From Camelus dromedarius (taxonomy: Eukaryota), in contig NC_087436.1 of the NCBI RefSeq assembly GCF_036321535.1, positions 102,736,001 to 102,800,000 on the forward strand: a DNA stretch of 64,000 nt, read 5' to 3'. The notes below the pieces were generated by a model. It did not search any database. It had not been told where the DNA came from and saw only the letters and a program-made list of their open reading frames with translations. Positions within the stretch are counted from its first letter, which is position 1; the number at the start of each line of letters is the position of its first letter. The position numbers were made by a program, and so were the translations under genes. Positions 13,520 to 26,536 of this stretch are shown here, piece by piece.

Positions 13520-13796
13520 CATTAGGCAGAATAATGACCCTTTAAAGATATACGTGTTTAAATCACTGGAACCTGATTACATGTTAAAAGAATTAAGATT
13601 GCACATGGAATGAAGTTTGCTAATTAACTGACCTTAACGTGGAAACGTTGTCTGGGTCATCTGGGTGGGCCTAACGTAATCTTAAAGTTCTTCCATGGTG
13701 GAAGAGGGAGGCGGAAGTGGGGGTTGGAGGGGTGCAATGAGAAAAGGCCTCAACCTGCTGTTGTTGGCTTTGAAGATGGAGAAAGGGGAGCATGAG
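13520..13796 (+). mobile_element. MLT1D-like MaLR LTR (5' part)
   Basis: aggcagaataatgaccc..aaagat...ctggaacctg...atctgggtgggcctaacgtaatc...ttggctttgaagatggag. Confidence 0.8.
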
Positions 13797-14037
13797 ATAC
13801 ATAATGCCCAGGTCTTGGAGTTGCACACATTTGGCCTAATAGTGTGAAAAAGGTTAGGATGGTGGTCATACTTTCTGTGAGAACACTCTCAAGAACTGAG
13901 GCACAAAGCCTCAAAGCATGAAGCTTACATAGGTCTAGTGAAAATACAATATAAACTTTGGAATAATTCAGAAATATGTCTTCCAGCCAAATAAAAACGT
14001 ATCAGCAAAAAAGGAAATAATTCTTTAAGACTTGAGA

Positions 14038-14290
14038 CACTATGTAAGATTGGAAAGAACATGGAGTCAAAAAGATCTAGGTTCAAGACCCATTATTGCC
14101 ACTCACTAGCTGTAGATGTATCTATGGACACACCAATCATTTCAAGTACCAAATTAGCGATACATAAAAAGGGTAAGGATATTTAAATTTATAGTGAATA
14201 TTGTGAAGATAGAGTAAAAATATTGGAAAAAAGAGCAGTACATTGCCTAAAACATAGTAAAAATTCTGTACATACTAGCTACTGATACCA
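14038..14290 (+). mobile_element. MIR SINE
   Basis: ggaaagaacatggagtcaaaaagatctaggttcaagacc...gccactcactagctgt...acatagtaaaaattctgtacatactagcta. Confidence 0.65.
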
Positions 14291-14488
14291 ACAGAATATT
14301 TAAGCTAGTATTTGGGGAAAAAAAATTTTAAGGTAGTTAAAGATTTCATGAAAAGTAACCTGTGAAGAAATTTAAGAAGAAAGAGAGAAGCATGAATTGG
14401 TTAGAAGATGTGTAAGTAATGTATTCTTATTATTGATTCTGTAAATTGAAATAAATCATTACCACATTCCATTAGAAATATAGTCTAT

Positions 14489-14573
14489 GGATAACTCTAT
14501 AAAAATATTGTTCACTATGTTGTACACCTGAAATTAATATAATATTGTAAGTCAGTCACACTGCAATAAAAAA
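14489..14573 (+). mobile_element. Very short 5'-truncated L1 3' end
   Basis: cactatgttgtacacctgaaattaatataatattgtaagtcagtcacactgcaataaaaaaa; 15-bp TSD agaaatatagtctat (14474-14488) / agaaatacagtctat (14574-14588). Confidence 0.85.
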
Positions 14574-14814
14574 AGAAATACAGTCTATTTATTTAATGAA
14601 TAGTAGTACATTGGGATGTTAGTTTCTATTTGATGCCATGCATTTTCTAATTTGATAATAGGTATCTGCTAAAGGCTATTGTAGTTAAGATCTCATTAAT
14701 GCAATAAAGTATTTTATAAAATAGAATCATAATGACCTAAAATGAGCATGATGTAAACATCTTGATGCAAATATTTTCCGTAATACAAAAAAATTCCCTC
14801 TCTTTGATAGTTGT

Positions 14815-15027
14815 TAAAATAGATAAACAAGATTATACTGTATAGTACAGGAAAAGATATACAAGATCTTGTGGTAGCTCACAGCAAAAAAAAAAAAGTG
14901 ACAATGAATATATGTATGTTCATGCATAACTGAAAAATTGTGCTCTACACTGGAATTTGACATAACATTGTAAAATGACTATAACTTAATAAAAAGTTAA
15001 AAAATAAAATAAAATAAAATAAAATAA
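14815..15027 (+). mobile_element. L1 terminal 3'-UTR unit with (AAAAT)n tail
   Basis: taaaatagataaacaagattatactgtatagtacagg...tgtgctctacactggaatttgacataacattgtaaaatgactataacttaataaaaagttaaaaaataaaat. Homologous to the last ~200 bp of the L1s at 37.5 and 58 kb. No TSD resolved. Confidence 0.85.
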
Positions 15028-15944
15028 CATTTCACAGATGCGATTCTAAAAGAGACTCTTCAAAAGAAAAATAAGGAGATGTGGCACTCCTACAGTTATA
15101 AAAATTTTTGAGATATTATATAACATACAACCTCTTTAAGAGCCACAGTGTTCAAACACGTTAAATTTATTATGGATCTATTGAATCCTGAGCTAATAAA
15201 ACTGTTTAATTTTGTCTAGCATAGTCTTTTTTAAAAAATCCATTATCCTATTACTTAAAAAAAAATCATTTATCTAACACTTGATATAACATGCCATGGA
15301 ATAATTCAGAGTAACAAATGCTAAATTATAACAAATCTATTGCTAAAGTTCTTTGTTTTTAATGAATGATGTCTTGTGGAAACTTCTGCAACAATGGAAA
15401 TATTCTGTATCTGTGATATCCAATACAGTAGGCACAAAACTGTTACTGATTTAATGTAGACTGAAGTAATTAAATAGGTAGTGATATTTAGGAATTATAA
15501 AATTATATAAACTGCAGAAAATAATAGAATCTTCACATTTTAAAAGGAATGCCACCTAAATCAAACTTTTAACAAGTGCAAAAATTTGAGCTGCAAATAA
15601 ATATATTGTTATTAAACATAGCCATTTTGTATGATCACAAAAAAATTGAGGCAATTCCTATTTTTGCAAAGCTATAATTTTTAAAATATTCTTCCTTATA
15701 TTGGACTGAAATGTGATTTTTCATGTACTACACACCTTGATAAAGTTCAGAATAATAATAAAACACATTCAGTCAGTGCAGCTTTTACACCAAACATTGA
15801 AACACAAACTGGTATAGAGCATGAAAAGATTTATATAATTTAATCAGATCTCTTCAAGTTTAGTATTAGGCTTTGGAGTGAATGATTGTTACTGGCAAAA
15901 AATGATATAATTGTCATAAAGGATGCAATATTCACAGATATGTA

Positions 15945-15995
15945 TGTGTGTGTGTGTGTGTGTGTGCGTGTGTTTGTGTGTGTGTGTGTGTGTGT
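15945..15995. repeat. Interrupted (TG)n microsatellite
   Basis: About 25 TG units with two interruptions. Confidence 0.95.
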
Positions 15996-17322
15996 ATTTC
16001 TCCAATCTTTAAATTAAGTGTTAAACTCAACATCACCTGACCAAAGATAGTATAATTTATATGCAAAACATTTTGACTCACTGTGAATCCAGTATAATTT
16101 ACTCACACCAATAAAAGTAATTGCTGAAAAGAAAGATTTATTATTCAGTCAATCCAATATATTATAAACACAAACCAATATACAGTGGCAATCAATTTAT
16201 TATACTATATAAAGCATTTCAAGTGAAAACCAATTTATAAGAAACCAAAGAGTACTGACCACATTTTTTTTTAACACTTGATATAATATTCACATAAATT
16301 CCATGCAAAAATTAAGCCTTGACTTTATAGATATCCCAGACAAGAACACTACTCTTCTTTTTTTCCCAGTGTCATCAACTTCCAAGAAAGTGAGATTTGT
16401 AAAAACTATGTTTCTTTTTTTTTTTCATCGTGAATATGAAAAAAAGGAATAATTAACAAAACGGAAGTAGATTCTCCTATAAAAGCTTAAAAATTCTTCT
16501 ACTCCTGTAGGCAGTGGAACTCACTGTGAAATAGCAGCTGTAGAACCACATTTTTGCTGACTTCGATTTTATTTAAAGAAACAATTTAGCAGCACCTATT
16601 TTTGCAAACACTAAACACATTTCTCCCATCCACATTTTAGATTTGCTGTAGCCAAAGGAACCCTTGCCAAAGTAATAAAGCCTTTGTAACTTGAAATGGG
16701 TAGTTGTTTCTCAAATATTTCAATTATTCTATTGATGACTCTGAGAGATGGGGGTCAAGACAGATTTTAGGTATGCAAAATGAGACATTTAGAGGCAGTC
16801 ACAATGTCCTCTATCACGCAATCCCATCTTTTCTGTCCTTTACACATGAATAATTATGTGCCAAGCTTTCTAGGGATTAACAAGTAAGAAAGAAAGGAAA
16901 AAAGAAGAAAAAACAAAAAAAACAGGCAGGGATATTTTAGAGGACAGCTTTCCAAATTCATTTCAATGAGATTTAACTAACTCAGATTCACTAAAATGTG
17001 TCCATTTTACTACTGATGAGACAAGCAAAAAATAATAATCCTAGTCATCATGGTGGCAAGTCATTGACCCCAAGTATCTTTTAGGATTTCTTCTAAAATT
17101 AATGACAAACATTTACTCTCAAAACTGAGCATAGCTTATGCAGGACTAACTTTAATTTTAAGATGCTCAATTTAAACACAATATGAGTTATATTTTAAAA
17201 TTAAAATCAGTCATAATTCTAGGTAGTCTGCATTTTACCTGGGAGCCAGGGGCAGATGCTTCCTTTTAAAGTGATTATTTATTTTATAAAAGTAAGCTTC
17301 TCACTGTTCCTGAACAAAAGCT

Positions 17323-17671
17323 TGTTAAACCAATTAAACAAGGCGGACATCGGACTGAGGTGGCTCTAATGAGATGGTAACCTGCAGAAGAAGATCAAAC
17401 CCTGAACTTGAAAATGCCTCAGTGTTATGAAATTGAAAACCAACTTGATAATTTTGAAAACCAAAATTGATTATTTTCTTACTTTGCTTCTTTCTGTCTT
17501 TCTTCTATAAAAATCTGTCCTTACCCTCCACTCCACTGGAGGTGGGGGTGGAGGGAGTTCCCATCTGCGAAGCCCTTCTAACCACTTCCCATTCATTGCC
17601 GCCCATTTGGAATGGATTTTGCTCAAATAAACTCTTACATTTTTTAATATGCCTCAATTCATCTTTTAACA
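17323..17671 (+). mobile_element. ERV1 solo LTR (MER57/MER72/LTR54-like)
   Basis: TGTTAAA...TTTAACA termini; ctataaaaat TATA-like motif; ends gctcaaataaactcttac...aatatgcctcaattcatcttttaaca with the polyA signal. Confidence 0.75.
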
Positions 17672-19025
17672 GGTTTCACTTTTATATTCTCAGTTTAAAA
17701 TGTTTTTATACGGTTTCTCAGCCAACCAAAATCCTGGTCATTTTTTTGCTAGTGTTAAACTTCATTTTCTTTTCTTCCTCATGTCTACCATTTCTTGCTA
17801 TAAAACAACAGAATTTTAAGTTTTGAAAGATCACCTAAGAGCTCAAGTGCATCCCTTAATTTTAGGATCCATAAACTGAGGACTGGGGGTGATAATTTAC
17901 GCAGCCTATCATGGTCTAGCTGTAAGGGCTTTTTTTCCCCACTATGACAATGCCTGTATATAGTAGTTTAAAAATACCTAATTTCTTTGAACTCTGTCTG
18001 CCAGGCACCTTGCTAAGAATTTCACATTCAATACCTCATTTCATGAAAACAACAGACTTATGAGTTGTTATATTATTTTTGCTATCATTTCAAGTAACAA
18101 AGCTTATTCAGCCAGTAAGTTTATTAAACATCCACTCATGTTTATAATAGTAATTTGGTTACTCAGGATCTATAATTTTTCCCTTCTTTTCACACTGTAA
18201 ATAGAGATGCAGAAAATTATGATTCGGATTTGATATCCATCCGGGCCAATATTTCGTCATCCTCCCAACTTCTCTATCTCATTTCCTACTTTTAGTCCCA
18301 CTGCTTTGTTAGGGAAAACAAACTCATGCACATGAACAGGTAAATATGAGCAATGTCAAGAACACACACATCTATAAGAGCATTAATTTAAACACTGACT
18401 TCCAGGAGGGTTTACTGAAGATGTCAACTCATAAGACAATGGTAAAGTGAGGATAAAGATAATGGAAATACCATGCAAGTGTCTGGAAGAGATAGTGACA
18501 GGCTCAGCAGGGTTACCAGCAGGGACGGTGTCAGAAAACAGTGCTCAATCTATGAGGATACTTTACTAAAAGGAGTCTTCTCTGGCAGACCAACTGGGAA
18601 AAAGGAGCTCCCTTTAAGATCATCAATTACAGCAAAGAATCCCTTCTTCCAGGTTGACGCAGCCTCATGCTGAGGGTCATGTCTGCCAAGCAAGCCTGCA
18701 GCTAGATTTCAGCCGCCACTCCTGCCCTCTTGGCTGGGTGCCCTTGAAGAGGATACAATTTGTACAAATGTGTGGGGCGGACCTGAGGCTCAGGAGGGCA
18801 GTAAAAACAATCATGCTTCCAGAGCAAATAGAGATCATCAATGCAATCCCCGGCGGATTTAGACTTGCACCCGGTTTATATGACAAACATTGCTTCCTCT
18901 TTGTCCTATTCTAGTGGAAGAAGCAACCTGAACTTGGCTGTGTAGTACCAGGTGATCAGAGATAAGGAAGGAGGGCCCAATCTTATACAGTAGGGACATT
19001 TAAAATTTTTTCTAGTTTATTTTTG

Positions 19026-19041
19026 TTATTATTATTATTAT

Positions 19042-19073
<32 letters not shown>
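19026..19073. repeat. Compound (TTA)6(CTA)10 microsatellite
   Basis: Read directly from the sequence. Confidence 0.95.
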
Positions 19074-19347
19074 TAAATAGTCCCTGAAAATAAACTAAAT
19101 TATGTCTTAGATTGATATATATAGTTTTTTAAAAAATTATTATATTGTCATTTTAGGTTTTACAAACTTTTATTCTCTTCTATATGAGCTTTAAAAGGGC
19201 AGATTTTTTTTTGTTATTGTGCTGACTATACTATATCTCCAGTATATCTTAGTATTTAAAGAAAAAAACACTTGTTGAATGAATGAATGAGGAAATGAGA
19301 TGTGTAAATATATATTTGTGTAGTTAATATATTATATAATATGTGAT

Positions 19348-19683
19348 CATCTTAGTCATTCCGGTTGCTGTAACAAAATACTATAGACTGAGAGATTGAT
19401 TTCTCACAGATCTGGAGAGGTGGAATTTCAAAGTCAGGGTGCTAGCATGGTCAGCTTCTGGTGAGGGCTCCCTCCTGGCCTGCAGACTGAGTTTCTCTCT
19501 GTGTCTGCACATGGTGCAAAGGGCCAGCAAGTCTGTTGGGTCTCTTTGAGAACACTAGCCCCACTCATAAGGGCTCTACCTTCATGACTTAATCACCTCC
19601 CCAATGCCCTACCTCCTAAAACCATCATCGTTGGGGGTTAGAAGTCAACATATGAATTTTGGGGGAAAGTTCAGACCACAGCA
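19348..19683 (-). mobile_element. MLT1A-like MaLR LTR
   Basis: tcttagtc...gctgtaacaaaatactatagactg...ttctggtgagggctc...aatcacctcccc...caacatatgaattttggggg...cagaccacagca. Confidence 0.85.
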
Positions 19684-20307
19684 ATGGGGAACATATTTTA
19701 CTGTAAGATAAGGTTGGATACTTGAAAAGTAAATAGTCTATTACACTAGTCCCAACTTTCCCATGACTTACTCTCATTCTACTTTCTTGAATATTGATTC
19801 AAATATTTCTAATGGGACCAAGACTGGGTATAAAAATAAAAATAAGGTAGACTTGAGCAGTAGTAATTGAAGATAAACTAAATTATCTGAGTAGTAAGAG
19901 AGAAATAGTGTGAAGCAAAAAAAGTAGCCAAATGTAAAAGATGAAGGGTTATATTGTCACAGTTAGCAATATTGATTATTTTTTTTGGAAATTGATTGAC
20001 TTTCGAATTATGAGTTCCCTATTATAAGTCATGTTTCAGAAAACTGAATAATTAGCTTTTCAGAATTATTCATTCATTTCTTCTTGTTAAATTATTCATT
20101 TAATAAATAAGTAATTATATAACACCAACCATTTACCAGATACCAGGTTAAGCACTAATGACTCAAGAAGACAAAGACAGATGTGATTCTTATCCTGGTT
20201 AATACAGATCTCTTTAAAAACAATTAAATATAAAATCACAATAAGGAACAACCCCCAAGATTAGTTTCAAGGACAGCGCCATGCAGTTCTGCTGTTGCTG
20301 ATGGAGA

Positions 20308-20545
20308 AGCAGCATGATAGCATCTTAAGAGTATAAACTTGAGTCAAACTGCCAAGTTCTGAATATTATTCAATCAAGGACTTAGGCAAAGTCCTTAATC
20401 TTCAAGTATTTTGCTTTCCTCATTTATTAAATGAAGATAATAAAATTTTAATCATATAAAAAGATTGTATGAGGAATAAATGAGTTACGTTAATAACATA
20501 CTTATCACTTAGATTGCGACGTAGTAAGAACATTGTGAGAACTTA
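20308..20545 (+). mobile_element. MIR SINE
   Basis: agcagcatgatagc..ttaagagtataaacttgagtcaaactgcc...gacttaggcaaagtccttaatctt...tttcctcatttattaaatgaagataataa. Confidence 0.7.
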
Positions 20546-20852
20546 CTAGGTGAATACTGTTTACGGAGTCTTTAAAATACTAGATTTCAATGCACGTTTG
20601 TAAATATGTGATGTGAGCTACCCTTACTACATCCCAAGTTCAAAGGGACTTCACTGACTGCCTTATTAATAGGTGTAACCTATTTATAATAATAGGTATA
20701 ATAGATTGATTGGTCAACTTACAGAGGACAAAGCATGATGTGGAATCTTGTTATTTAGTACTTGTTCTGAAGATATTTTAAAAGTCAAGGGATTAATATG
20801 CTTTAGAATTAACTAAAAGGAAATGCATGTTTATTGTTTCAGATAATGAAGC

Positions 20853-20988
20853 AATGGTTCCAGGACCACCCCCTCATTCTAAAATCAGCAGATACTCAAG
20901 TTCTTTATACAAAATGGCATAGTACAGTTGGACAGCCCCCTCCTCCAATAACTGCAGATGCAAACCTGAGGATACAGAAGGCCTGCTG
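20853..20988 (+). mobile_element. MER2/MER8-like Tigger (Tc1/mariner) MITE, left end missing
   Basis: tggttccaggaccaccc...aaaatcagcagatactcaagttctttatacaaaatggcatagta...gaggatacagaaggcctgctg, followed by TA. Confidence 0.75.
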
Positions 20989-21929
20989 TATTTACGATGT
21001 TATTATTAAAGAGTAAAAAGTACTAGAAAAGTGTCTCAACATGACTAAGGATTACAGGTATTGGCTGCCATAAAAAAATAAACAAAAGGGAAGAAAGTGA
21101 GTTGAATGGACCAATTAAGGTTATTTGACCTCCTTCTGCCCCAATTCCATCTTTTCATCTCCTTACATTCATCTGTCACTTTCATTCTCAAATGGGTTGC
21201 TCTTTAGGTTTTATCTGGGTTTCAAATGCTGCAGAAGCTGAAGGAAATTTTAACTGAAAACTACTAGTTGTGGTGCAATTTTCTTTCCAAGTTAAATGAT
21301 CTTGTTTCCTGAGAGAGTATGAATTGGAAATCCATGATTTATGAATGTGACCTTCCCCAGCTGGACCCTAGAATAGTCTTCTTTGGGAATTCCAAGCCAT
21401 AATAAAAGAGCAACTTTACCGCGAGAGAAATTCCTCTCTCTGAGGAATTTAACATTTTGGGGGTGATTTATTGCAGCTTCACTGTGCTTGTAACAGTCTT
21501 AAGAGTGCCTTACATACAATCATGTCTACATATACAAACTTGGGTCTATTTTATTATTAATTCTCCAGAATTAACTATTTTTATACCAATATAAGCAAAT
21601 TATTTACTGTGTATTGCCCCCAAACTGTGCATATAAACAAACTGAAAATATTCATGTTTTAAAATCTGGCACAGAAATGATAGTTAATTAATATTTATAA
21701 GCCTGTCTGATCAATTGCTGAGGGGTCATTGTAATACAGTTATTTCAGAGAGACAAACCATTACAAAACAGATTTCATATCCATTAACTTGTATATTTTC
21801 TATGAAGCAGAGAAGAGTGGAAGAGTGAAAAAGGAACTAATAGTTATTCAGCACCCAAATTCAGCTAACACTAGAAGTTTAAAAATGGTCTATCACCAAT
21901 ACTGTATAACAAAAATCTCTGTATTTAAA

Positions 21930-22172
21930 ATAATAGCAAACACATACTGAAAGTTTCTTATGTCCCAGGGACTGTTCCAAATATTAACTCATTTAATGTA
22001 TACTAACTTCCTTAATGCTCATAACAACCAGAAGAACTAGATGAAAAAAAAATGAGGCAGAGAGAGGCTGAGTAACTTGCCTCAGATCACACATCTAAGT
22101 AGTGGTGGAATCAGTAATCCTGCCCAGGCGGTGTAATCACACACTCTATGCTGTTAACTATTATATTGCACT
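21930..22172 (-). mobile_element. MIR SINE
   Basis: aataatagcaaacacatactgaaagtttcttatgtcccagggactgttc...atgaggcagagagaggctgagtaacttgcctcagatcacacatctaagtagtggtgga. Confidence 0.8.
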
Positions 22173-25100
22173 GCCTCCTATTGACCCATATTTGTATATA
22201 CTGGGTTCAGAAGGCAAAACAATTTATGTTTTTGCTGTGTTGAGTTTCTCTAGCCCCAGAAAAATTTGTCATGGTGTAAAAGAATTTTTCCTTGGAGATG
22301 AGAGCACATTGAGATCATTTCAGATGTTTTTTATCTACTGCAAAAAAAAAAAAAAAAAAAAGATGATTTCAGCCAAGATATCAGAAGAACTGTGGGCCTG
22401 AATTGCTTTGAAAGGCAAGAAGAACAGAAGATGCTGCTGGTCCTTGAGCAACCATCATCTTACTAGGAAGACTGTGCTTTAAGATTCCTATTCCAACTGA
22501 TGTAACCAGAAATGGAGTCTTACTTTAACAAAGGCTGAAATTCAAAACAATTCTTTTAATTAAATGTGCATAACCTTAACAAAAAGTAATGATGAAAGAT
22601 TGTTGTTACCAAAAAAAAAAAAAAAGATTTTGTTTTATGATGAAAGATGAGAGCAAGTTTGCACTTCTTAGGTGGAGCTGATCTAGTGAAGACTTATTTT
22701 TGTCTTTAAATATGTGTAAAAAGCATACTAGTTTGCAAATTCTTCTAAGAAATGGATTACAATGGTGTGATATAAAAGGAAATAAAGAAAAAATATTTTA
22801 ACAGACTTTGTATGCACTTTAAAATTCCTTGATTTTCATTGTTTTACCCAAGTCTTGACAAGCCCCAATCTGCTGATAGCTAGTAAGAAAATTAGTTGAG
22901 TGACAGCTTATAGGAGTATGTTTTGACATACTCATTAACAAGATCTTAATATATTTTCCTCTCATTATATTTAGTTGGTGGCCTTGAGTACTTCTCTGTA
23001 GAATTAATGCTCTTATTCAAATGGGGAGGAAAGATATCTTTTATATATATTTACTTAAAGTATATATATTTTATATATATGTATATATAGTAAATACATA
23101 AGGGTATGTTAATAAGGTGTGTGCTTATGTAGAGAGAGTGTGTTCCCCAGGTTTTGATTTTTTAAAGGCTGTTGAAATATTTTATTTTCTGATTTTTGGG
23201 TTCAATAATCTTCTAAATCTCTCCCTCTCTATATATATGAAGCACATTGTAGCACTTCAAAACAGTCATAAACCTGAGTCTTGGTCTCCAAGTTCTCCTA
23301 GTATGAATTAATTTATTACACTTAGAGCAGATTTTACAATGTATTTCTAAAAGATTAAAGAGTTTTTTGGAAGTTTTGTAAAACTTTACTGACAGAAATT
23401 TCCTACCCTAAATTCAAAGCTATTATTTAAATTTCTTCTTTTCCACCACCACCACCACCATCATCATTAATCTTGTGTCAACAATCAACCATCCCCAAAT
23501 CCATCTTTCATTACAGCTGCTTTCATTTACCAGCATTGCATATTTCTTACTATGAACACTTACTTACCCTTCATAAACACCTGTGTACAAATGATTAATA
23601 CTAGTTTTCCTCACCAAAAGTTGCCTGTTCCTTTTCTTTACATATTCTAAGAATTAGACTTTGATTCATTCTTCTTCAGGCTCATCTCTATTTTCATTGT
23701 CTCTTCTTTTCATCCTCCCTATTTTCTTCCACTCCTTCCTTCCTTCCTTCCTTTCATTTCACAACAATTGTGACTGATGAAGTCCCTCCAAGCACATCGG
23801 TCTAGTAGGAGAGACAGACAAATAAACAGGCAACAACAGTACAACTTGACAAATCTTAGGTTAGGTAAGCACCAGGTCCTATGAGTCTAAAAAGGACAAG
23901 GATGTGACAACAAAAAAAGTATATATACCTATCTTTTAAACTGAATCTGCAAGTTTCATTATTAAAATTAGTGACAGGGGACTGAATCAGATGCTTAGTT
24001 ATAAATTCATTCCAGAATTTTCCAGCTCTGTATTTCTGGAATTATCACAACTACATATCAGTTTCATCAGTTTGAAATTGACTTTTAGGTCCTAGTTGAT
24101 AAGAGTTAACCAATTCACCCTAAGGGTTAAATTGGAATCACAAAGGAGGTCATGATCTGCAATCTGCAATAACTCCTAGATAGTGTCATCTTTATCAGTG
24201 ACAAGTGAACTAATGACAAATAAGGCTCTCTAAATCTTTGCCTTCTTTTTGCACATCTATGAAAGAAAATGAAATTGCTTGAAAAATTCAATGAACATGC
24301 TCTCCTATCAGTAGGCAGTCTTCAGTTAATATTGTGCTATGATGCAAAAAAATATGGAATAGCAAATGTGAACCTTTATACTGCATTAAATAACATTTAT
24401 GGACAGAAATAGAGCATATAATATCTGTGGCAAAGAGGAAGAACATGAGAATGTAGAATAAGATGTAATTTATTTCCTTAAAATGGCTCTTGTCTATTAT
24501 GTTTCAGTTCCATCTCTCTTCATAATAGGTATTCTTATCAGACATTTATCTGCCATCACTTTCTGACATAATACACATCCTGTGATTTCCAATTTTATCA
24601 CACAATAAACTTTCCTTATGTTCTCAAAAATAACATGAGTTAGAATCAACTAAAAATAATCCACAGCATTATCATAGATGTTTCAAGTTAGAAAACGGAC
24701 TCTTTGAAGAGTAACTGACTTTAAAGAATGAATTTTGGGGGACTTTGAAGAAATCTACCAAAACATCCTAAAAGAGTTTTATAGCTTTTATTTATACTTA
24801 AATTACACAGAGAATGTGTTCAGATCATTATATGAAAACAAAAACAAGACAAAAGATTTCTCTTTGTATTTCTGCCTCTTTTGGCAGTTTTCCCCATATT
24901 AATAATTGTGGTTAACACTAGTATAAAAGTTACTTAAGTTACATCATTGTGTTAAGTTGCTTGTGACACACTTTTAGTTAAAGATCAACAATGCCTTCCT
25001 GCTTGATTATATTACAAACTAAAGCAGGCTGAGCTTCAAAGCATCACACAGAATGATACTCAACCATACCTGATCATTTTGCCCCAGCTGTGAAATGTCC

Positions 25101-25984
25101 CCTCTTCTCTAACTTTGCCTTTACAGCTATCATCACCATGATGTTACTAAAAACTTCTAAAATCCTGTTTTGCCTAAAAAGCCTTACTGGTAAAGAAATC
25201 AAATCTGTGCTTTGTCCCTCTCTATTAGTCCTGAAATGCTCATGAATCCTTCCTCCTAATCTTCTTTTACAAAATGAATGGAAAGTATGTACTTTTCTAC
25301 CCTTGGCATACTTAATTATTTTATAAAAATGAGTAATAGAAAATAACAATTATTTTGCCTGTGGATGGCCTCTCTCGATACAGGACAGATTGAACCTACC
25401 AGATTTGATGGACAATTCAGGAAAATTAAACATTCAGACCTAACACTAATTCTTTTGCCAAGCCAATTTAAAAAAAATGCCGACAGAAGTGGCAAATAAT
25501 TTATCAGCTTGAACAAATGACAGAATCATGGCCTCATTATCTGCTTGTTGCCTTTTTTTTCCATCTCTGCATCATTTTAAGCCAAATGCAGTTTAAAATC
25601 TGCAGTAGTATAAATTCACTCAAGTAGTTGGACACTATAGGAAGTTTTTGAATGAATATTTCACTGTATCTCTACAAATTTCACTTGGATAAAGAGTATG
25701 CTTTTTGTGTTAGACAATCAGTGTTTGACGAATGATCCAAACAGTACTAGCTTTGCTGCCTCGGGCACCAAGTGTAAAATGGTAATAATGATAGAATTCA
25801 CTTAATAAATGTATTGGGTAAATAAAGGTATAAAACACTTAGCACACTTGGCATGTAATACTTAAATATCAATTGTTACTTTTATGGTCAAAGAGAAAAG
25901 TCTAAGAACAAATGGAATGTTTTACATATAAATGTGCTAGCATATTCATTTTGACTATATATATATTCATTTTGAATATATATA

Positions 25985-26536
25985 GGTTACCCTAAAAGGG
26001 GAAGGGAAAAGACCCCAGTTCTTGTCATAACTGAAAGAAAAGAATTCAGACAGAAGACAGAAGCATTGTATAGCGAAAGATTTCAAGGGCTTTATTCAGC
26101 AAAGGGAAAGTACACCTCTAAAAACAGGAGGCAGGCTGATTCAAGGGCAGATAGCAGTGGTCTTTGTTTGCCACTTCTCTTACCCCTTTGCTTAGAGGTG
26201 GTCCCTTGATTGTTGGCTCTTGCCCCTGGAGTGCTCAGTCATGCTAGTCCCCTTCTGCACATGTCCTTACCCATGATGCACACAGAAAAACCCATGGGAG
26301 GGAACCTAAACCCTAATGCTAATTATGTTACGATGAGCATAGGGTCATGTCCAGTTAGGTCCTTGTCACTACCGCGCAGGTGCAGCTGTCAGGTTCTAAC
26401 CTGTTTCTTGCTGGCACTCATTTAGAGGAAGCAAAGCCCCTTTCTGCTGAAGGTGGGCATAAAGCCATCTTCTGGACCATCCTCCATCTTTTCCACTTTA
26501 TCTGCCCAGTGCTGCCACTTATCTAACTACATAACA
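25985..26536 (-). mobile_element. ERV1 solo LTR, family B copy 1 (MER50/MER83-like)
   Basis: Reverse complement starts tgttatgtagttagat and contains aataaag near its 3' end. Perfect 4-bp TSD tata (25981-25984; 26537-26540). Homologous to 41748-42306. Confidence 0.88.

Noticed and set aside
17467..17826. 119-aa hydrophobic ORF
   Set aside because: It starts inside an LTR, and its F/L richness reflects T-rich DNA; no recognisable domain.
21428..21450. Perfect 9-bp inverted repeat aaattcctc-tctct-gaggaattt
   Set aside because: Too short to exceed chance expectation; no TSD or MITE context.
25942..25983. 21-bp tandem duplication next to an LTR end, as a possible long TSD
   Set aside because: Both copies lie on the same side and the LTR has its own 4-bp TSD; likely slippage in TA-rich DNA.
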